Notes under the pieces: generated by a model | Databases searched by the model: none | Told to the model about the DNA's origin: nothing | What the model saw: the letters and a program-made list of their open reading frames with translations, nothing else | Shown: piece by piece, positions 10,886 to 21,370 of the stretch | Layout of the letters: the number at the start of each line of letters is the position of its first letter | How positions within the stretch are numbered: the first letter of the stretch is position 1 | Translations under genes and position numbers: made by a program | NCBI GenBank assembly: GCA_027923505.1 | Contig: BROI01000034.1 | Span: forward strand, 124,001-188,000 | Length of the DNA: 64,000 nucleotides | Direction: 5' to 3' | Origin: Mayamaea pseudoterrestris | Lineage: Eukaryota

Positions 10886-11824
10886 ATGAGGATCCGAAGG
10901 AATCGCTTGGCACCGATATCCTCCCATCCACTGTCATCGCTGCTTCTTTTCTTGATTCTTATTCACTTTGCTGACTCCTTTCAAAGCAGGACGTGTCGGC
11001 CATGGGCACAATGTCCACATCGCACCCTTGTTGTTGTTCCACTGTCGGCCAAGAGCAATGCTTTCCAACAAGATGATGGCAATCCATTGGATCGCAAATT
11101 TTTAGAGCGAAATCAGCGTTGGGTAGTCTTGGTCGACGATGAGCTCGCCATACGACAGGCTGTCGGAGACTACCTATACGACCAAGGATATCAAGTCACG
11201 GCCTGCTCGGATGCCGATGCCTTTCTGGAACTATGTTCCCAGCCTTTGCAGCAGCAGCCATCTGCGACAAGCAAGCTTCCGTCGATTCCAGACGCTATCA
11301 TTAGTGATATTCGAATGCCAGGAAAGGATGGAATTCAACTATTGAGATTGATTCGAGACGATGACCGGCTCTCGCGTGTCCCTGTCATTCTACTCACGGC
11401 TAAGGGCATGGTACAAGACAGAATTGTTGGGTTCAAGAGTGGGGCAGATGCTTATCTTCCAAAACCTTTCAACCCAGACGAGCTACTGAGTATTTTGGAT
11501 AACTTGATACTGCGGAGGAAACAAATGCAGAAAGACACGGGCGAAATTGACGAGCTAAAGGCAAACATGAGCGAAATCAAAATGCTAATGAAACAAAACT
11601 CCGAAAATTTAGTCAAGGATACGGACGTTTACCTGACACCAGTAGAGCGACAAGTTTTGGAGCTACTTTGTAAAGGGTTTACCAATGGGGAGATTGCAAA
11701 TGAACGAAACAGCAGCGTCAGTGCAATGCGCAGTTGCATTACGCGACTCTATCAAAAGACCAGCACGAATACTCGAACAGCGCTGGTTCGCTGGGCCCTT
11801 CAGACTGGCTATGTATCCAGATGA
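10886..11824 (+). CDS. Plastid-targeted NarL/LuxR-type response regulator (REC + LuxR HTH; Ycf29/Rre1-like)
   Basis: Hydrophobic signal ending ADS-F; REC motifs VVLVDDE, AIISDIRMPGKDG (phospho-Asp), PVILLTAKG, GADAYLPKPF; HTH LTPVERQVLELLCKGFTNGEIA...RTALVRWA. Confidence 0.85.
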   Translation: MRIRRNRLAPISSHPLSSLLLFLILIHFADSFQSRTCRPWAQCPHRTLVVVPLSAKSNAFQQDDGNPLDRKFLERNQRWVVLVDDELAIRQAVGDYLYDQGYQVTACSDADAFLELCSQPLQQQPSATSKLPSIPDAIISDIRMPGKDGIQLLRLIRDDDRLSRVPVILLTAKGMVQDRIVGFKSGADAYLPKPFNPDELLSILDNLILRRKQMQKDTGEIDELKANMSEIKMLMKQNSENLVKDTDVYLTPVERQVLELLCKGFTNGEIANERNSSVSAMRSCITRLYQKTSTNTRTALVRWALQTGYVSR

Positions 11825-11933
11825 TATGGTGGACGTTTGATCAACTCACCGGTCGTCGCTAGCGATAATAATCAAACTTATAAAGCTAGTAGGTATATAC
11901 GTACATTTCTTACACACAAAAATGACTCTATTT

Positions 11934-13202
11934 CTATTCTTTGTCGAAGCCAAAGATTCGATTGTACAAGTTCTTTCCATACCAGCGAAAGTCGCGGTTC
12001 ACAATCCCATGTGCAGCATCTTGCTCCTGGTATCCGTGTGCAAACTCTTCCGGGGTCCACCCGCACTGTTCCAGCGCCCAGTTGTGTGTCTCTTCAGTAA
12101 TGCAGTGAATGAGTCGGTACTTGTTCAACTCCTGTTTGGACTCTACAATCAAGCCGTTCGACAAGAGATTCTGTAGAATGGCAACGTAGCGATGCTTGGT
12201 CTGCTCGTTGCGAAGCTTGGTCCATTGCTCTGGGTCATCAATCATGCCTGATGTCACCAAGCCTCGTTGCGTCTTTAATTTGCGCACCAAATCCCACGAG
12301 AAAATGGCCTTGAGCGACCGACGTAGACCGGCACGGCGTCGCATCAGATCAATGAGCTCCGAGCGCTCCCAAGTCATGACGGTGGACGTAGTGTCGGCCA
12401 CAACAGTGCAACAAGACTCAACATGGCCTGGTAGGTACAAACCAGCATGCAGAGCAATTTCGGAAATGAAACTCGCTTCTTCCACCATATATGTGAAACT
12501 TCCGTCGCGAAATACCTTGAAGCGTCCATCAAGGACTAGTCGAACGTAGCTATTGTTTTCACCCTGCGCCATGAGCACGTCTCCTTCACGAAAGGTTTCA
12601 ATTTTGGCACGTTTGGCCAAGCAACAAAAGTCCGCTGGATCCATGACGTAAAAGTGACGGTCGCGCAAATCAAGGAGCTCCTGGGAGAGGTAATTCGCCT
12701 GGAGTCGCTCCAAATATACAGTTCCGAGGCGTTGCAGATTGATCAAGGTAAAGAGAAGGTTCCACTTGAATGGCAGCCATAGGATCCGGCCATGAGGATG
12801 AAAATATGTAAAGAAAAGCATGCAAGTTGATCCGGCTACGGCCATGATTCGCAAAGCGACAAAATCTCCCGAATAATAGGATAACGCCACGAGAATAAAG
12901 GAGCTATGGCCGAGAATCTCCGAATAGGTGATGGTGTAGTATGTCGGGCTGATCCAGCGAGGAATTGGAATGTTATGAGGCTCCATAAGAAAGTCGTTGA
13001 GTTGGTTCCGTCGCTGTAATAGACGCTCGCGTAAAGTTGCGTATTTTGGCGAAACGAACTTGCTTGTCATGGTCGATTCTCGCCGTTTGGTGGCGGTGGA
13101 GTGGAGCCGTTGCGAAACCTGGCGACGACTGGGCGGACCCTTCAGACTGGTTGATGCAAATCGCATCATTTGAGCTCGTAAAGCTTGATGAGACGTCAGC
13201 AT
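11934..13202 (-). CDS. Popeye-domain-like membrane protein with a cyclic-nucleotide-binding fold; possible mitochondrial presequence
   Basis: Three hydrophobic segments (GHSSFILVALSY, LRIMAVAGSTCMLFF, WNLLFTLIN), then the cNMP-type barrel EGDVLMAQGENNSYVRLVLDGRFKVFRDG...SFISE...TVVADT..VMTW; Arg/Ser-rich, acid-poor N-terminus. Confidence 0.72.
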   Translation of the reverse strand: MLTSHQALRAQMMRFASTSLKGPPSRRQVSQRLHSTATKRRESTMTSKFVSPKYATLRERLLQRRNQLNDFLMEPHNIPIPRWISPTYYTITYSEILGHSSFILVALSYYSGDFVALRIMAVAGSTCMLFFTYFHPHGRILWLPFKWNLLFTLINLQRLGTVYLERLQANYLSQELLDLRDRHFYVMDPADFCCLAKRAKIETFREGDVLMAQGENNSYVRLVLDGRFKVFRDGSFTYMVEEASFISEIALHAGLYLPGHVESCCTVVADTTSTVMTWERSELIDLMRRRAGLRRSLKAIFSWDLVRKLKTQRGLVTSGMIDDPEQWTKLRNEQTKHRYVAILQNLLSNGLIVESKQELNKYRLIHCITEETHNWALEQCGWTPEEFAHGYQEQDAAHGIVNRDFRWYGKNLYNRIFGFDKE

Positions 13203-13674
13203 GACTCAGTTGGCACTTCGCTTGTTTCAAGTCGAGCTAGTGTACTGAGCTTGGCAAGAGCCGCTTTGTTCTGTAGTACCTCAAACGCCGAGACTTGTTT
13301 GACTTGTGCTGTTGCTTTGCCAGGTAGTTTTGCCTTATAAACCAAAGTAAATGGATTAGATCAGCACACTCATGCAATGCTTCCTCTTGATTGCGGCTGG
13401 TAGGAGTACTGTGCTCTGCTCGGGGACCGATTTAAGTGTCAAGCATGACGGAAGAAGTTAAGTGATTCATATTCGCTTCCGTGGTGGGCGAAACCGCGAG
13501 TCGGATCTTTTGCATCGCACTGGTTTTAAAAAGGCGCGGGCGCCGCGACGAAGTTCGAAACGATTCTGACAAGGGGACCTGACGGTCTGTGGCACTGCCC
13601 CGCCCCTTGCTTGTGACTGCCGCGGAGTGTACCGGCAGAGAGTGTGACACTGCTGCTGGCCTGTAAGCGGGAAT

Positions 13675-14946
13675 ACATTGACTTGATAGGTGGATGGACC
13701 TCACTCATTTAGCAAAACACATTGGACTTGATACGTGGATGGACCTCACTCAATTAGCTGGAGCACATTGGACTTGATAGGTGGATGGACCTCACTCATT
13801 TAGTGAAATACATTAGACTTGAAAGTGGGATGGGCATGGCTCATTAGCGGGAACATTGGACTTGAAAGTGGGATGGACCTGACTCATTAGTGGGAACATT
13901 GGACTTGATAGGTGGATGGACCTCACACATTTAGTGGAACTCACTGGACTTGATAGGTGGATGGACCTCACTCAATTAGCAGGAACACATTGAACTTGAT
14001 AGATGGATGGACCTCACTCAATTAAGGGAATCACATTGGACTTGATAGTTGGATGGACCTCACTCATTTAGCGGAACACATTGGACTTGATAGGTGGATG
14101 GACCTCACTCAATTAGCAGGAACACATTGAACTTGATAGGTGGATGGACCTCACTCAATTAGCGGGAGCACATTGGACTTGATAGGTGGATGGACCACAC
14201 TCATTTAGTGGAACATATTGGACTTGATAGGTGGATGGACCTCACTCATTAAGCAAAATACATTGGACTTGCAAGTGGGATGGGCCTGACTCTTTAGCGG
14301 GAACACATTGGACTCGAAAAGTGGATAGGCATCACTCATTTAGCAAGACACATTGCACCATTTAGCAAGACACATTGGACGTGATAGGTGGATGGACCTC
14401 ACTCATTTAGTGGATCATATTGGACTTGATAGGTGGATGGACCTCACTCATTTAGCGGGGCACGTTGGACTTGCAAGTGGGATGGGTCTGGCTCATTAGC
14501 GGGATCACATTGGACTTGAAAAGTGGATGGGTGTCACTTATTTAGTGATACACATTGGACTTGCAAGTGGGATGGACCTGACTCATTAGCGGGAACATTG
14601 GACTTGAAAGTGGGATGGACCTCACTCAATTAGCGGGAACATTGGACTTGAAAGTGGATGGACCTCACTCATTTAGCGGGACACATTGGACTTCAAGTGG
14701 ATGGACCTCACTCATGGAATGGATTTGATAGGTGGATGGATCTCACTCAATTAGTGGGAACACATGGACTTGATAGGTGGATGGACCTCACTCAATTAGC
14801 GGGAACACCTTGGACTTGATAGGTGGATGGACCTCACTCATTTAGCGGGAACACATTAAACTTGAAAGTGGGATGGACCAAACTTATTTTGCGGGACGCA
14901 TTGGACTTGAAAGTGGATGGACCTCACTCATTTAGTGGGAACACAT
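13675..14946. repeat. Tandem minisatellite, 43-46-bp unit, roughly 28 copies
   Basis: Consensus ACATTGGACTTGATAGGTGGATGGACCTCACTCATTTAGCGGAAC, with a shorter subtype ACATTGGACTTGAAAGTGGGATGGACCTGACTCATTAGCGGGA. Confidence 0.95.
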
Positions 14947-14949
14947 ATG

Positions 14950-15344
14950 TAACACCGTTGACGATTTCGCAGTCAACGTCTTACCTCCAAAAAGCTCCGA
15001 TACAGGGTCCTTGGCCACGGTCTGTACAGCTCTTGATGGAGATGGCTCGTCGAATAGTCTTGCGCTCGCCACTACACGAATACGACTGCACTCTCGTCGC
15101 AAACTAGTAGTTCTATATTGTGAGCTTATCGCTACATCGCTACATCGACCACTCGGAAGATCATCCGATCAATCCGTTTCTTTCAATCACATTACATCAG
15201 TCGTAACTGGTCGTTCCATTCATACAACGCATCCACACGACGGTTGCGCACTTTCTTCATTCACACGTCACATACGACAGCTGCGGACTCGACACAAGCT
15301 AATTAGGGTTCGGGCTCTTGACTTCGCCGCTCTGCGACTTGTCA
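14950..15344 (-). repeat. 3' LTR of copia family A (395 bp)
   Basis: Starts TGACAAG right after the PPT GAGGGGAG; near-identical inverted copy at 30931-31325; shared sequence ends ...CGGTGTTA. Confidence 0.85.
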
Positions 15345-17824
15345 CTCCCCTCGGGTACGCTGCTGGTCGTAGCCGCATTCTTGTCCTTCACAATCGCATA
15401 TGATGTATCGCCGCGCCAAAACAATACTGGCTTGAGCAATGGCATCGCATCACAGTACGGCAGGTACTTCGTCAGTACGTCCGCAATGTTCTCCTTTCCG
15501 TCAATCTTCACAAACTTGATAATCCCCGCAGCAACTGCCCAACGAACACGATGGTAGGCCAACGCATTGTGTCGCTTGGACAATGTCGAACTCAGGATTG
15601 TAGATTGTGTAATCACTGCTTGGTTGTCTCCGTACATCCAGGCAGACTTCTCCAATGGTACGCCCATAGCCATGAGCGATGCGCGTAGAGAAATGCTGAT
15701 ATCCGTTCCACTCTTTGCTACGCCGAATTCCGATCCGAAGGTCGCAGTCTCGACTGTAGCCTGGAGTTTGCAATGCCAGTCGATGGGCGTCTGGTTGACA
15801 AATGACAAAACTCCTTCCAATGACTTGCCTGTCACCATGCAATGCATGAGACACGCATCCTCGAAAGTTGATGTTCGTACAGTCACACCCTTTGGCGGTG
15901 GGTAGACGTCCAACATCTCATCAACTCCGTCCTTCCCGTAAACGCTGCGCTCCCAATCTTGTTCCTCCATGGTGCCGAAGTGCTCCTCGTTGGCTGGCCA
16001 CTTCGTGCGGAAACGGATTGCTGCGTCCGGTAACTCTCGTAAATATCCACAGACTCGCTTCACCCGCTGCAGGTGTCCCTTGCGCGGCTCCACACGGAAT
16101 CGCGACAGACTCACAACTGCAACGGCAATGTCAAATCGTCCCAAAGTAATCGCCCACTGAAGTGCTCCGACTAGAGACTGGTAAATCTTCTTCTCTTGGT
16201 CGTTCAGTAGCTCGCTTTGGTCAAGTTCTGGATGATCGTCTTTGTCAATTGGTGATGAATACTTCTTCGGAGAACCTTCAAACAACCGCTCGTACTGCGC
16301 CAAGAGTTTCGCAACGTAGGTCTTGGCCGACCAGTAAAGAGTTCCGTCAGGGTCTCGTCCAAAGTCACCGCCGAGATGATACTCGGGATGTCCAACACCT
16401 TTGAGCTTAAACTTGTACTTCTCCTCTAGCATCTTGAAGAACGCTGCTGGATCGTCTGAAATATTCAACAGATCGTCGACCCATACACAGAGGTAGTCGT
16501 AGCTGTCGCCGGCGTCCTTGATCCACAGATCGGAATCGCAATAGGACGGCTTCCACCCTTCCGCAAGTAGGGCGTCGGCTAAGCGTTCGTGAAATCGTGC
16601 TCCGCTCGTTCGCAATCCGTACAAAGCCTTGACGATGACCAGGATGTGTCCTTCGCGCTCCCCGAACTCGGGGCCTCCAACGAAGTATACCTTCTCCTTG
16701 GTGAACGCTTCGAGATAAGCATTCCCAATGTCACCGACCATGCACTTCTTGCCGTTCGCTTCTCCAATGACGAGAGCTAGACGCATTGCCTTCAATGAGA
16801 TAACACTGGAGTAGGCATCGTCGTTGTCTTTCGTCATGTGGCCGCCTGCAACGAGACGTGCCTTGTATCGCAAATCGTGCTTGACATCGTACACAAAATG
16901 GACTCGGATCTTTTGGTAACCAGTTGGTGGTGCTGTGGTGGAACTCGGACCGAGATCTTGAAACGTCTCGTACTCGTCCAGGTTCGCAAGCTCCACGCCT
17001 TCTGCATCCGTCCACTTCGTGTGTCCTGCAGCTTCTTGTAGACGTCGCGCTTCCTTCCAATCTCGGGGTACTTGGACTCCAAACTTGTAGCGCGGTCCGT
17101 TCTTCTGCTGCTCCATTCGGGCGATCGCCACCTTGCGCGCAACCTTCTTGGCGTTCCGGGCCCATCGATTCAACGATGTCCATCCGTCCTTGTCAAGAAG
17201 ATTATGCTTTTGCGCGTAGGCTGCCACTGATACTTTGTCGCTTTCGATCATCGCGTTGAGAGGCTCCCAAGTCTTGGATCCATCGTCCCATTGTACAAGG
17301 ACGTTCCACTTGGAGTGCTTCCAGTTCTTCGACTTGCTCGTCAGCGGACCCTGATGGTCTAGAATCTCCTTGAAGAACCATTTACGCTCAGGATTCGCCA
17401 TGTCTTGGTTCACTTCGGCCTCGTAGAGATCGGAAACCTCGACATACGACATGATTTCGTCCGCTTCGCCGTTGCCAAGCTTCAGCATCATTTTAATGTT
17501 CTGATGGTTCTGGGCGTCGCGGTTGTTCAGCTTGCTCATGACGGTCGCTCGAACTTCTTGCCCGTCGTCCGTCTTCATGAGAAACGACTTGCCGATAAGT
17601 TCATCGGGTGCATACTTCGGAAGTTTGCGCCACGGATTGATGTTCTTCTTCTTCGGCTTGTCGTCGTCGTCATCGGCAGGATTAGGATCTAGCTCCCCGT
17701 CGGTCATATCGTCGTCTTCCGGGTATTCCACCGTCTCGACCAAAGGGGTATCGTCTTCGTCAGGAATGAAAGAATCATCGTCTCTGCTGTCGGCGTCGGT
17801 AATCTTCTTGATCATTTCCGGCAT
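15299..17824 (-). CDS. Copia pol C-terminal part (chromodomain-like + reverse transcriptase + RNase H), family A
   Basis: 841-aa ORF: YKARLVAGGH, GDIGNAYLEA, KALYGLRTSGA, VWVDD, YQSLVGALQW, ETATFGSEF, YGDNQAV, ENIADVLTK. Confidence 0.92.
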   Translation of the reverse strand: MPEMIKKITDADSRDDDSFIPDEDDTPLVETVEYPEDDDMTDGELDPNPADDDDDKPKKKNINPWRKLPKYAPDELIGKSFLMKTDDGQEVRATVMSKLNNRDAQNHQNIKMMLKLGNGEADEIMSYVEVSDLYEAEVNQDMANPERKWFFKEILDHQGPLTSKSKNWKHSKWNVLVQWDDGSKTWEPLNAMIESDKVSVAAYAQKHNLLDKDGWTSLNRWARNAKKVARKVAIARMEQQKNGPRYKFGVQVPRDWKEARRLQEAAGHTKWTDAEGVELANLDEYETFQDLGPSSTTAPPTGYQKIRVHFVYDVKHDLRYKARLVAGGHMTKDNDDAYSSVISLKAMRLALVIGEANGKKCMVGDIGNAYLEAFTKEKVYFVGGPEFGEREGHILVIVKALYGLRTSGARFHERLADALLAEGWKPSYCDSDLWIKDAGDSYDYLCVWVDDLLNISDDPAAFFKMLEEKYKFKLKGVGHPEYHLGGDFGRDPDGTLYWSAKTYVAKLLAQYERLFEGSPKKYSSPIDKDDHPELDQSELLNDQEKKIYQSLVGALQWAITLGRFDIAVAVVSLSRFRVEPRKGHLQRVKRVCGYLRELPDAAIRFRTKWPANEEHFGTMEEQDWERSVYGKDGVDEMLDVYPPPKGVTVRTSTFEDACLMHCMVTGKSLEGVLSFVNQTPIDWHCKLQATVETATFGSEFGVAKSGTDISISLRASLMAMGVPLEKSAWMYGDNQAVITQSTILSSTLSKRHNALAYHRVRWAVAAGIIKFVKIDGKENIADVLTKYLPYCDAMPLLKPVLFWRGDTSYAIVKDKNAATTSSVPEGSDKSQSGEVKSPNPN

Positions 17825-17838
17825 AAGGATCTCGCCTC

Positions 17839-20800
17839 CTAGACCAGGTACGGTATAGAGACGCCCCCTTCTTTCATGACTGGGAAGCAGGTGCCGATGC
17901 GCGAAGGTTCAAAAATTTTGGGTCGTTTCGGGGGTAAGCAAACCGATCGCGTCGCGATCTCGTGGGTCTCCTGATCGCAGATGAAGTACGTCAGGTCGTC
18001 TCCAGCGCGTCGTGTTGGGACCAAGCCAGTACGCGCGCGCTGGCGGTACCGGGCCCCGACATCCTTGACAAAGTAGTTGACAATTTCAAACCAACGAAAA
18101 TGCAAAATGCCCGACACGTCGGGGACTTGCCCAGTGATAAACTCGATGGGAGACTTGCCGTCCAAGGCAGGATGCGACAAATGACGGTACATCTCGGTCT
18201 GAAAGAGTAAAGCGCGTAGCCAGAAGCATGCCGGAGTGCCTGTTCGGTCCATAAGTCGTTCATGACTTTCCTTGACGTGTCCGATGATGCGCTCGGCTGG
18301 ATTTTGATTCTGGTAGTACGGCTCCGATGTATGACGACGGCGAATCATGAACTCGCGCATTACTTCATCAAACTCGGCACTCATCGCTTCTTTCGCATTA
18401 TCCAAGAAGACTTCCAACGGAGCTCCAAACTTCGCGGATGAAATCCGGGAATCTTTTCGGTACGTCACCTTTCGTCCGCATGGGATACACGACAATGATC
18501 TGACTGCGACAACCATAAAATAGCTGCACGCATGTGCACCCTGCATGTCCGTCGATATGATCATCCATGGCTGGTTCGTCGAAGAACATGGTGTCATGGG
18601 CCACTCGATCATCTAGACGGTAGACGTTCAGGAATCGGCTCTTTCGATGCATTCGTGGGGGGTATCGGCGCTCGTGCATGTTGAACTGCGTGCTGTGGCG
18701 CAAAGTATCCTTGATCGTCTGCGCCGGGTACCATGCAAAGTTCGGCAGCAATGCGTCGATATCAGGTTTCTTTGGCAGGATCGACTTGTAGGGCTGATAG
18801 ACGAGATCCGCATTGTACTTCTGTACGACGGCACAAACATTCAGCTCCTTCTCGGTGTAAACAGGTTGATTGTCGTGTCCGAGATTTGTATACGTCACGT
18901 TGCTTTGACGATGGGTGCGATTCCGCGTACGCGAACGTGGCAGGTGAAGCCCTCTTCGTCGTCACTGTCTTCGTCGTCTTCGTCGCGCGACAACAAGTCC
19001 GGTACGTCGTCCTCGTTGTCATCATCATCCGAAGAGTCATAGTCGTCGTCCTCGGTCGGCTCGACGTCGTCTGCGCCGGGTACCATGCAAAGTTCGGCAG
19101 CAATGCGTCGATATCAGGTTTCTTTGGCAGGATCGACTTGTAGGGCTGATAGACGAGATCCGCATTGTACTTCTGTACGACGGCACAAACATTCAGCTCC
19201 TTCTCGGTGTAAACAGGTTGATTGTCGTGTCCGAGATTCGTATACGTCACGTTGCTTTGACGATGGGTGCGATTCCGCGTACGCGAACGTGTCACGCGCG
19301 TGAAGCCCTCTTCGTCGTCACTGTCTTCGTCGTCTTCGTCGCGCGACAACAAGTCCGGTACGTCGTCCTCGTTGTCATCATCATCCGAAGAGTCATAGTC
19401 GTCGTCCTCGGTCGGCTCGACGTCGTAAGGTATGGAGCTCATGCGCCGACACTGGAAACATTGGCAAGGTCACCATGCCGCTTTCCATTCCGAGCATAAA
19501 CTTGTATCCATCTGGCGTTTCGATTCGTAACTTGCCACCAAAGTTGTAATGCTTGTCGTTGACATGAAGTCCGAAGGCTTCCATCTGCATACTCGAATGA
19601 ATCGTCTTGCCGGTTCCAGAATATGCGTAATTATGGAACTCGCCGACGACCCAACCCTTGGTGCTCTTAAGCTTGGCGACTGCTGTGACGGTAGACAGGT
19701 CCGGAAGTTTGAGACCACCGACTCCAGTGACTTCAATCTTGTGGAACTTGTCCTCGGTAAGGATGCGGCCGTCCGCTCCCCATACTCCGCCACTCGCGCC
19801 GCGATCAACAGTCGACGCTGAATGCTTATCCAAGTCAATGCTCGCGACTTTGTACTTGCGACTCTGAGCGATATTCGCTCCCCGTCGTAGTGGGCTGGTC
19901 TGGACCTAAGAACTGCCGCATGGCTGAGCCACGGCTGGTGTTGTTCACACGCTCAGTCGCTGCACTCGCCGTCGTTGCCGCTGATGAAGTGGCTGCGACG
20001 CGTTTGCGTTGCGTGTTGTACTCGTGTCGTCTGCGTGGTGCCTGCCTGTGTTGCTGATGTCGGACCACCTGCAGCACTGGCCGTCGACTCGTACCACGGC
20101 GTTCAAACACTTCATGTTGCTGATCGCGGGTAAGGTCGCCACGTGTTTGGTGGAATCGCGCATTCACGTCGCTGGGAATTTGATCGTCTTCGTGTTCGGC
20201 ATAGCTGCGAACATCGAACTATCTCCCCGACCGCGGCCGCCACCCTGCATCGTCCCGTGCTCAAGTCCGCGACCACCGCCCCCTGATTGGATTGCTGATT
20301 GTTGCTACTACTTGGCGTAGACTGGGGTATTCGCGCTTGCCTTCTTCGTCTTCTCCTTCTCTTTCTTGGTCTGCTCGGATTGGTTTTTGCCTGGCGCTTC
20401 TCGGTCTCCTTGTGCCCGGCGATTGTCAGATTGCGTGCGGCTCGTTCAGGGTTCCAAAACGGGTGTCGCCATCCGGGTTGCCGGTCTTGGACTCTTCGAT
20501 CAGCGCCATGTTCGCCCGCTGCCTTCGCGCGGCGTTTCGAAATCAAGTGCTTCTGTAAGTGCTTCCGGTTTCCTCGCGTAGTCATTGTAGTTCTCTTCCT
20601 TGCTGGACCACTGGATAAGCCGTGGCCCGAGGGGCTTGGCGTAACCCGCGTCGGGGTGAAGTTGCGCCTCGTCTTGGCGACGTGGAGTCCAACTTGCGCG
20701 CCATCCCGTCGAGAATGCCCCTCCAACTCTGCATGCGCGCTGGCATTCGCTGTCGTGTGCTTGCGGACAATGAGCTTCTCTGCGGAGTCTTGCAGGTATA

Positions 20801-21370
20801 CTCGGCGCCGCTAAAAGCTTCCGAACACTGATGCTGATGCTCGGCCGAGTTGGGGCTTCGGGTGCAGCTGGTGCCTTGAACTTCCAAAAGTACCAAGTCG
20901 CTCGCTCGCATGCGGTTATTGAAGGCCCGCCAGTAGGAGCAGAACTTGCGATCTTCTTAAGCTCCAGCATGGTCTTCCAGATCAGCTTGATGTCTGTGCT
21001 CCGTCGTGTTGTCGTTGCTGGTCTGAAGTCTCCCGAGGCTCGGTTGCCTGCGGTTGTGTGACCCCGGTGCTACTGGGAGGTCTCGGCTGTGTGGTCTTTC
21101 TCCAAGTCTTGCCATTGCGCAGTCGTCGGCGTTGCTTTCGTGATCAACTCGAGCTTGCGCAATCGGCTTGTTCGTATCCTGACCACTGGTGCACTGGTTC
21201 TCAATGCTCGTCCGTCTTGTTCTCGGCCTCGCCTCCGCGGTCGTGGTTCCTCGGTTCGGAAGCTCTGCGGTGGGTCGGTTTGGGTCCCCAAGCTGCGGGC
21301 GCTGCGAGCCCGGAATATCGAAGACTTTACCGTAGCGCCGCTTGTAGGTCGTTACATCAATCGTCGTCAT
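17839..21370 (-). pseudogene. Frameshifted gag-protease-integrase region of family A
   Basis: Domain fragments are spread over several frames (ORFs 17839-18612, 18398-18898, 19393-19833, 20582-20911) and include an internal duplication. Confidence 0.8.
18715..19426. repeat. Internal tandem duplication (~352-356 bp) within element A
   Basis: 18715-19070 is repeated at 19067-19426, with TCGT microhomology at the junction and one small indel difference. Confidence 0.9.

Noticed and set aside
10646..10887. Overlapping N-termini of rbfA and the response regulator, as drawn in the ORF track
   Set aside because: Signal peptides indicate starts at 10722 and 10886, which removes the overlap.
13675..14946. 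CRISPR-like array next to a reverse transcriptase
   Set aside because: The units are contiguous tandem copies with no unique spacers, there are no cas genes, and the RT is an ordinary copia pol.
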